A DNA stretch of 64,000 bases, from the NCBI RefSeq assembly GCF_006345805.1, contig NC_043006.1, forward strand, positions 60,698,001 through 60,762,000, read 5' to 3'. Shown one piece after another: positions 54,301 to 64,000 of this stretch. The position numbers were made by a program, and so were the translations under genes. Each line of letters begins with the position of its first letter. The stretch's first letter is position 1. The notes below the pieces were generated by a model. It was not told the DNA's origin and ran no database searches. It saw only the letters and a program-made list of their open reading frames with translations. The stretch comes from Octopus sinensis. Its lineage: Eukaryota.

Positions 54301-55279
54301 ATATTATACATCTCAGGGTGGGCACACATATACACACACCATCCTACCCCAAAAAATTCTTTAAACAACACATCTATTTACACCACCCTGCAACCAATCA
54401 AAAACAGCCCCCACATACACACAGACACATGTATACATGTATGTGCACGCACACAGGGACACACACACTCACACCAATCTCACCTCCATACAGACACATA
54501 TATACACACGCAGCACCATGTCAGATGCCACCCACACACATACATGCGTACACACGCACACACACACACACACAACACCATGACAACCACACACGCGGTT
54601 GACAAACAGACACCATCCGACCAAATACTATAGACACACAGACACATCTATTCACACCACATGTATATGTATGCACACACACATACACACAGAGACACAC
54701 ATACTCACCTCATCCTAACCCCAAAATCATTGATGCTTGAAGGAGAGCCAAAAAAAGAGAAAAAAGGGTACATTCTTTTCAATTCCACATTTCTCCTAAA
54801 ACGGACAGGTTAGTGACAACTAACAATAATGTAAATCTTCTTGAACTCATAATATTCTGTATGTGTATACTGAACTTTTTTTAATAATTCCTCCTGGAAA
54901 TTACCCTGAGATGTATAATATATTTGTTTTAATCTTTTCTGCCCATTACTTCAATGAGCTTGTTAAACTTTTTTATATTCTCAACGTACTGTTGTCACCA
55001 AAGACTGTATATTTATATGGATTAGAGTACTCTGTGTCAACCAATATTCTGTGCATGTTTGAATATACAGATACAGTACCAATATCAATTCCTTCTGGAA
55101 ACTATCTTAAGTATGTCCTTGAGAACGATTATTTATGTAATTTTTTTTGCCCAATATTTTAAGGAACTTGTTGAACTTTTTTATGTCCTTAACATGTCCC
55201 TGTTACCAAAGACTGTATATATATATGTAATGTAGCAATTTGCAACAACCAATAATTAACGCAACCAAACTTCCACATG

Positions 55280-55323
55280 TTACTTTTGACAATCTTTTTC
55301 CAAAGAGTGAAACCGTAAAGTAA
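55280..55323 (+). ncRNA. Hammerhead motif with U3-A8 compensatory core
   Basis: ttactt-TTGACAA-tcttt/ttcc/aaaga-gt-GAAA-ccg-TA-aagtaa; 6-bp stem I. Confidence 0.55.
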
Positions 55324-55402
55324 TAAAAATCTTTTAAATTGCATTTTCAAACCTTCTTTCGTATATAATTCCACTCGTGCGGTACCCCACAACTCCACTT
55401 TG

Positions 55403-55501
<99 letters not shown>

Positions 55502-55503
55502 CG

Positions 55504-55587
<84 letters not shown>

Positions 55588-55639
55588 GCTTCTTATAGCA
55601 GCACGTGGAGAGAAGATGTGTGTAGCGTGTGATCGTCGT

Positions 55640-55900
55640 ATTGACCATGACAGAGAAAATTCTCATGGCTATACCTTCTCAGAGAACCGCAACGAGCAGA
55701 CCTGAGAAATACATCGCAGATGTGCCTGCAGCTGTGAGGGGAAATCGTCGAATCACTATCTGTGAGAAATTGGAAGATGTGCAGATTAGTTATGGTTCAG
55801 TTAAGTCCATTACCCCGAAAGATTTGAGTATGACACGAGTGTCTACCAAATTTGTACCAAAAAAGCTTTCACTCGGGTTTCAGTTGCACAAGATCTCCTT
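55640..55900 (+). mobile_element. Mariner transposase fragment
   Basis: AVRGNRRITICEKLEDVQISYGSVKSI..DLSMTRVSTKFVPK (second HTH and WVP-equivalent linker). Confidence 0.78.
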
Positions 55901-56369
55901 GATTATGTCGAGACCGATAAAAACTTTGCGTAGGCCTCTGAGGAGATATCACCGAGCTTTTGACAAAATTTAATGGAGATTCTCTGCTCAACTTTCTCCG
56001 TCATTGTTAACTCGACAACCACACGCTACACACCTTCCTTCCTAGCATTGCTTTAACAACTGAAGGGAGGTAGAACGTTAAAATTCAGTGCGCATGCGGT
56101 GCAGTGTTCAGGTCAATCTGTGCCAAGTGGCTCCATTCTCCGTGCTTTAGCTTTGTTTCTATAACAACACTCCAGAAAATTATTGATCAGACAATGTATA
56201 TATAGAAACAGACACACACATATATATATACACATATACATATATATGTGGGTGCGTGTGTGTGTATGCATATACTAATAAAAGAAGTGTGAGGCAATCG
56301 CAGAGAGCGATTTGCAATATACACGCACAGATATGTAGCCTCTTCATATGCAGACCGCAGCACACACAT

Positions 56370-56559
56370 TCTTTCATACATACATACATACATACATACA
56401 TACATACATACATACATACATACATACATGCATACATACATACATATAAACATACATACATATAAACATACATACATACATATAAACATACATATAAACA
56501 TACATACATATAAACATACATATATACATACATACATACATACATGTATGGTGGTATGT

Positions 56560-56630
<71 letters not shown>

Positions 56631-56660
56631 ATATATATATATCTATATATATATGTCATA
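56370..56660. repeat. (CATA)n/(TA)n microsatellite
   Basis: Direct reading. Confidence 0.95.
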
Positions 56661-56779
56661 AATGTACTTGTGTGGCAAGTGATACCTGCAGGTGACACTA
56701 GAATTATTTTGATTGTATATGTATTTTGGCTATTTTGAACAATACTTTCAAATTAGTAAACTCTTATTGCTAACTCGGT

Positions 56780-56970
56780 CGCGCTTTTTTCTTCTTTTCT
56801 TCTTTTTCTGCCCTCCTCCTTCGTCTTCTTCTTTTTCTTAATCATCATCATAATATTCTTCTTCTTCTTCTTCTTCTTCTTCTTCTTCTTCTTCTTCTTC
56901 TTCTTCTTCTTCTTCTTCTTCTTCTTCTTCTTCTTCTTCTTCTTCTTCTTCTTCTTCTTCTCTTCTCGCT
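56780..56970. repeat. (TTC)n array
   Basis: Direct reading. Confidence 0.95.
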
Positions 56971-57038
56971 TCTTTTTTTGATGAGTTTTATTGTTTCTTA
57001 AATTCCTGCCTTTTACTGTATTCTCTCTAGCTCTCACT

Positions 57039-57072
<34 letters not shown>

Positions 57073-57615
57073 TGCCTGCCTGCCTGCCTGAGATACAAAA
57101 TACTAGATTTATTTTATAACTAGATAAATAAAGGCTATTACAAAATAATAAAGAAATAAAATAATCAGGTAGGGCAGAATACCATAGAAATGGAACAAAA
57201 TAGGTTAATCACGAAAAACATGATAAAGTATATATACCTTATTAACATAATTTACAGAAAATGTATAATAATCCAAAATATACTAAACTAAAAATTATAT
57301 ATTTACTTATTTAGCTAGTATCAATAAAGACTGATGCCTGGTATTAGCTAAAGGAATATTGATGTTATAGGACATTCTAATTTTAAATTAAAAGGGTTAT
57401 GTAATAGGTTTTAGAAGTTATCTTAGTTACTCCTTACATGATATTTATAGTTTCTTAGGAGTACTTAATTAGAAGGGCTACTTATATAAAGGTCCTTATA
57501 AATACTAAGATCAGGAGTATAGAGCACTTTAAGAAAGGAATAAATCAAGTAATTTCTAAAGATCATTTTAAACAATATTGCCATATTGTATAAAGTTGAA
57601 ATTAAAGAAATAGAG

Positions 57616-58276
57616 TTAAACGCATGTGTTATTCAAATCTTTATACATCCGACATATGTTTCGAAGAAAACATTGGTATTATTGCTGAGGGAATAAAAGG
57701 ATGTAAAACAATGTAATCATTTCTTAAGGGAAAAAAAGAGAAACAAAACACATCAATAAACCAGTTTACCGAACGTGATTACCACGTATATGATGACGGG
57801 AACGCTGGCAAGTTATTTAAAAAATAACCGTTAACATATTTAACGTCAAACGCAATTTACGTCCTATAAGTAATTCTACCAATCTATAAAATTCGACTTT
57901 TAAATATTTTCTTACATATCATTTCAACTACATGTATCTATTTACACGCCTTTAAGCTTTATTTCCACTTATCGATCGCACTATATTTCTCCACTGTTAA
58001 TTTTCTGTTAATTTCTTTCCTTCTCATTCCCTTTCACAAATTGCCTTTGACGTTAAATCTATTAACGTTTTTTTTTAAATGACTTGCCAGCGTTCCCTTC
58101 ATCATATACGCGGTAATCACATTCGGTTAAAATGGCTTATTGACGTGTCTTGTTTCTATTTTCTCCCGACGAGATGATTACATTTTTAAAAATCATTTTA
58201 TTCCCTCGGGAATAATAATGTTTTCTTCGAAACATATGTCGGAAGTAAAAAGATTTGAATAACACCTGCTTTTAAC
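57616..58276. repeat. Diverged inverted repeat (arms about 57616-57858 and 58038-58276), each arm with a hammerhead-like motif
   Basis: Both arms carry ttcttc-GAAA-catatg-TC-gga, with CTTAAGA or CCGACGA about 56-59 nt upstream. Confidence 0.8.
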
Positions 58277-58476
58277 TCCATTTCTTAATATATCTATATT
58301 ATATTCAAATAAATTTCACTAAATGCTGAAATTTCTACCTTTATTAGCAGGCTGTAACATCCTTGGCACTAATGTGAAATTTTGCTACCCTGGTGACTAT
58401 TTATTTATTTTTCCGTGTTATTTGTACATATTGAAAAATACAGACACACACGCATATATATGTATGTATATATATA

Positions 58477-58517
<41 letters not shown>

Positions 58518-58667
58518 TATATATAACATTATATATAAGGGCTTAGTAAAATAAATTACTTTGCCACATACTGAACTCATTAGAAATAGCCGCTAAATAA
58601 ATTTCTTCAGCTATTTCTAATACTTAAAGAAGATCTTGAAATTATATATATATATATATATACATAT

Positions 58668-58709
<42 letters not shown>

Positions 58710-58773
58710 AATACATACATACATGCGCATATACATACACACATGTATATATATATATGTGTATATATATATA

Positions 58774-58834
<61 letters not shown>

Positions 58835-59336
58835 GAACATACACACAGCCAAATTAGAAGACCAACTGTGTTTCTTCCAGATTTCTATATCAGGCCAAGA
58901 ATACATTAATATTTTCACTGAGTGTAAATAGCATCTGTGCAGGAAATACTTGTCAATGTACTTTAAAATACGCAATTTAATTCTACCATTGTTGCCAATA
59001 GCCATGAGTGATTACAATAAGGACTTCTAAAAGACTTTACTATTGTATTTTTTTTATTTTTTAAAAATACATATGTCTACTTTTGCCCCACTTTCTCTTC
59101 TGTATCTTCGTCAACGTATTTATTTTACTTTATAATTTCTTTCCATATCTGTAGTCAAGACAATTATTTAGAACTGCTTCTCATGTCCTTCAAGGCTTTC
59201 AGCTTGTACTATAAAGTGAGGGAAGGAGCCCACCGTATTGAGAACTTTCCAAATACGTCTACTAATAGTACCATGGTATAAATATGCATGAATATATATA
59301 TTATATATATGCTTATTTATATCATATGCATACTCA

Positions 59337-59441
<105 letters not shown>

Positions 59442-59699
59442 TATACATATATATATATATATACATACACATACACACACACAAAGCACACACATATATA
59501 TATACACACATAGAGAGACGTACACATACATACATGTATATTTTATCTTTTACCTTCTACTTGTTTAGTCATTAGATTGCAGCCATGCAGTTGCACCGCC
59601 TTGAATTTTTAGTCGAATGAATAAACATCAACACTACAGTGAAAAAATATCGAGCATATACAAGACCACGCATAAACCAGGACAAATCAATAGGTCTGT

Positions 59700-60990
59700 C
59701 ATTAGGCTCTTGGAGAGGTAAGTCCATGTGGACGAGCGGCGATTTCTATCACTAGACGAAGGGTCCGGTGAAAGCGCTCGGAGTCTGGCTCGGAGCTGAT
59801 CCCCAGGTAGATTGGAACTGGGAAGAAGTCATAACAAAGCTCACTCAGAAATGGGCAGAAAGGAAACTTTTGCTTAAATGTCGGGTGGAAATAGCGAATG
59901 CACATATCGCCTCGGTAATGTACTACTGACTAGCTGTCGTACCTTGTTATCAGAAAGATCTGACCGGAGTGGAGTCCTTGCTTTTGCGATCCGTATGGAA
60001 GGTTACATTTCTGATTTTCATAAAATCCATCTGCTGTCAACACCCGCACTGTTGTGGTCTTGGAATGGCATCTTTGATGATGCGACTCCACGCTTTGAGG
60101 CTGTGGCACCTACAGAAACATCTAAAATTACTGCGATGGTGTGAACGATGTGAACGAAAATAAGGGTGAATTAGTATGGATGTCCTTCGTGAGACAGTCA
60201 TTCCACAGCTCAGCTCATTGTCAGAGCTACAGTCATGGGTCAAACGTAGACCAAGGTCGGTCGTTTGGCTTCTAGAATATTGCCAGGCGCTCACAAAACC
60301 GATAGGGGGAAAACAACCCAAGATTTATATAAGGGGCTAGTTGAAGATATGAACGGTGATGGCCTAGGATTAATTCTAGGTGTCGGCAAGAAGAGTTGGA
60401 ATAGTATTTCCGGAGGACCTTCGTGCCGAAGATCATGGAGAAATTCCAAAATTCTTTGGCATGGGAGTACTTACAAGGGAGCATTGCTTATTCGAAACAT
60501 GCTCTTCATGAAAGGAAGCGCCAACAGCCGAATATGCCAGAGATGCTTGCAAGCGGACGAAAGCGACCTGCATGCAATAATTCAGCGCCTGTGCAGGTTT
60601 GGGTAGAACAGCTCTTGTCTGCCGAGAGTATAGCGCAGATCAACGCAGTACCTTCCCTTAGCAGGGAAAGAAAGCAGTTCTTTCTCTGCTTAGTGGTTGT
60701 GACAAAAGAGGTTTTTGTGGTGGACCCGTCTGAAAATTTTGAAGACAGGCGCTTTTCTTTCTGGCTAAGCTCTCATCAATTTCTTCAAATACCATTTGAA
60801 GAGGAATGCCTTCCACTATCAAAAGCAGGTCAACAGTGGCAATACTGGTGAGACCAAAAGGACCGACTCTGAGTATGCTTTTCTAAGCAGCAGGAATGAA
60901 ACTGCAAGAAGGCGCTTTCCCATGCTTTGGGGATGGCATCCCATGGGGAGCCAGAGTAATCCTGGATTTTTGAGTGGGGTTTAACCTGAG
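59700..60990 (+). mobile_element. Tx1/L1-clade LINE 3' portion
   Basis: YKGALLIRNMLFMKGSANSRICQRCLQADESDLHAIIQ (zf-RVT-like C..C...E...H) and LINFFKYHLKR; frameshifted. Confidence 0.75.
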
Positions 60991-61253
60991 TTTCCCTAAG
61001 TGAATTGCCCCGCTACTGCGGATTCTAATTATTTATTTACTTATTATTTATTTCTCCAATTTCTATTACATATCCTCTGTTATATCATTTAATGTTGTAG
61101 TGTCTCCCTTTGATCGATGTAAACCTCACTTGTTTTTGTTTTTGTTTTGTTTTTATCTGCTCTAACTCGTCCTTCGATATCATCCTACACGTCGTGGGCC
61201 TTTGTGACCAATAAAAGAAATCATCATCATCATTATTATTATTATTATTATTA

Positions 61254-61286
<33 letters not shown>

Positions 61287-62199
61287 CCTCCACCTCCACC
61301 TCCTCCTCCTCCTTCTCATCATCATCATCATCTCGGACTTCCCTTCACCGAAATATGCCAAGAAAAACTTTTTTACTGTATTTTAAAAATTTTTCTATAA
61401 TATCTTTGCTTCGTGATTTTTCTTTTCACTTGAATCCGGATTGCTATCAAGACGGCTTTTGGCTTCATTAGGTGGAAAACAGGTTTGTCAATGTATTTTG
61501 TTCTACTGTTTCTTTTTGCCATTTGAATTTTTGTTTCTTGTTTAACACGGTATTTGGAAGGTGAAAGAATACAAGCATCCGCAATTTTTTCTAGAATAAA
61601 GATATGGAAATAACAAACCCAAACATATCACGTGCATAAACAGGAAGAATTGCAAAAATAAAAAGTTAGCTTTATACGCTAAATACCAAAAATATAGCTC
61701 TTAGATATAATTACTCACTTGGATAATACAGTTACTATGAACAACAGAGAGAACATTGATATAAAAAAAAACAACTGAAAATGAATATTTCCTGCCACCG
61801 TAGTGTGTCACAGCAAAAATTGCTGGTTAAAGGCTAAAAAGAATCGTAGACAAAGTAATTCCCGAAAGAGTATGTCTCTGTGCTGTGTTCGAAGATATTT
61901 TTGTTCATTTTACAGAAGGTAGCAAGGAAGTAAATGTCATAGCTTGTGATTTACAAACAACAGACATATCTTTTCCATGCTTTCAAAAGAAGGTGAGATC
62001 GAAGGGTGACAGAAGATGATTCCCTCGAACGTAATCTAGTATGTGGAATCATAATTCTCGCGCTTAAAATTTCGAAAAGCATTCAACTGTAGTCGCACAC
62101 TAGAACCATAAGTGCAAGTAATAAAGTGAAGACGACTCACAACAAGGTTTGGTTTGGCTGGGGGTTGCATCAACCACTAAGAGCGAATGAGTGGCAAAG

Positions 62200-62365
62200 A
62201 ATGTAGGCTCAGGCTTGTCTGTGAAGTATGAACTTTGCTTCTCAACAACTATGTTCCGGGTTCAATCCCACTGTGTGGCACCTTGGACAAGTATCCTCTA
62301 CTATAGTCTCGGGCCAGCCAAAGACTTGTGAGAAGATTTCGTAGTCGGAAACTAAAAGACGCCAA
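62200..62365 (+). mobile_element. SINE head followed by (TATC)n
   Basis: atgttccgggttcaatcccactgtgtggcaccttggacaagtatcctctactatag. Confidence 0.85.
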
Positions 62366-62369
62366 TGTA

Positions 62370-62492
<123 letters not shown>

Positions 62493-62519
62493 TTATCTAT
62501 ACCTCGTTATGCCATGTTC

Positions 62520-63450
62520 ATTATGCAGAATATTCTCAACTGTTTCACTGGATATTCTAACAGTACTGGCATTTTGATCAATAGCCAATCGCCGGTCATC
62601 CATCAGCGGTTAATGAACACAGTACTTTCCTCCTCCCATCCCTCCCACACCAAACTGGCCATCCCCGACTCCCAGTTCCTCCACCTCCGACACTTGTGCA
62701 GCGGGGACCAGGATTTTGAGACCCAGTTCCAGTACCTGGCCCGCTTGCTCATGAGTCACGGACACCCATCCACCCGTGTACAAACTGTCTTTAGCTGCAC
62801 ACGTCAAGTCGATCGCATTTCCACGCTCTCTCCTTTCCCTCACCGATCCCCCAACCACATGTCCTTCCCCTCCTTTTCCGTCCCTCCATCGTACGCCTTC
62901 TTCGGAGGATTCTGAGGGCCTTCCGTGGCCTCCAGCTAAATACCACCACACTCCCTAATTTCCCCAGCCCACTCTTGTCCTCCTTCAAACGCGCCTATAA
63001 CCTGCGCGATCTACTGGTCCGTAGCTCCCTCTCCCTCCATTTCAATCCCACTCGGATCCTTTCCTTGCTCCAGATCCCTTTGCTCCGTTGCCACACCCGT
63101 TCCTTCATCCATAACACCTCCTCCCATACCGGACCCTACCTGTACACTCTCTACATTAGGTACTCCTTCACTTCTTTCAGCTCTATTTACTACACGAGGT
63201 GTAATATCTGCAACAAACTTTACGTTGGTCACACAGGTCGCCGGCTAACCGACCGGTTCACCGAATACCGACGAGATGTTCGTCTTTGTACGAACATCGC
63301 CGTCGCCCGTCATTTTCGCTTGGCCAACCATCTCCCCTGAAATATCATCGTCTTCGGCCTTATCCTGCCCAATCGATACACTAGAATTTGCCTGAAACAA
63401 CGTTACACTTTTACTCTACACACCCAAACTCCTTTCGAATTCAACACAAT
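62520..63450 (+). mobile_element. Penelope-like element 3' ORF remnant (RT thumb and GIY-YIG)
   Basis: SSHPSHTKLAIPDSQFLHLRHLCS...SSFKRAYNLRDLLVRSSL...IYYTRCNICNKLYVGHTGRRLTDRFTEYRRDV...VARHF. Confidence 0.88.
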
Positions 63451-63569
63451 CCCTCTTCTCAATGACTCTCCTTACAACCGTCCTAAAAATCTTTTACCCT
63501 ATCTAATTTATTATTAGTATTTTCATTATTTTTTATTCATTTATTATTTATAATTTTTATAAAGCTACT

Positions 63570-63610
63570 CCAGACTGATGAGGTGCAATAACTCTGAAAC
63601 TAATCTCTGG
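63570..63610 (+). ncRNA. Near-intact minimal hammerhead in the PLE 3' terminal repeat
   Basis: ccaga-CTGATGA-ggtgcaataactct-GAAA-ctaa-TC-tctgg; 5-bp stem I, stem III one change from the palindrome ACTAGT. Confidence 0.68.
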
Positions 63611-64000
63611 CTGCTGGCTTTGCTGGGTGGAGGTACTTATCTCCCCTGTTTAAAAACTTAAGGACAGAGAACGCTTGTGTAACATAGCCAACTGGAAACT
63701 ATGCTTCCTGGGGCTAAATAGCTGTAGCATTCTTCCCTTTCCTGGACTGCAGCATTAAGCTGGCAAAAAACCATTAATTTTTATTTCGTTTATTTTTATT
63801 CTGTTATTTCGATATTTTAGCGTTCAGTCTTATTTCGGTTATTTATTATTTGTTTATTCCGATTTTTTGATTTTTTTGATTTCTAAAATTTATTTCTCTT
63901 ACTATTTTATTCGTTTATCTTGACTTCTTAATTTTTTATCATCTACTTCTAGTTTTTTTTATTCATTTCATTTATTTACTTCTGTTACGGATTTCTTCAT

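Overview
AT-rich, repeat-dense eukaryotic genomic DNA. The tRNA-derived SINE families and microsatellite load look like an Octopus genome (recalled sequence similarity, not database-checked). No intact protein-coding gene could be established, and most ORFs in the supplied track are translations of (TA)n, (CA)n, (TATC)n or (TTC)n repeats. The window is a mosaic of decayed mobile elements: SINEs, mariner and Tc1/maT-type DNA transposons, a Chapaev3-like transposase with a nested mariner, a Helitron relic, R4/Dong-like (RLE), Tx1/L1-like and RTE-like LINEs, and several Penelope-like (PLE) RT and GIY-YIG fragments. The most notable signal is a set of about eleven minimal hammerhead-ribozyme motifs (CUGANGA...GAAA-palindromic stem III-NUH). 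One has an intact catalytic core (20941-20983), three carry a U3-A8 compensatory core, and four pairs sit head-to-head in inverted repeats. Other structural oddities are a near-perfect 250-bp inverted repeat, a 42-bp perfect palindrome beside an inverted transposon end, and a 1-kb tandem triplication that may be an assembly artefact.
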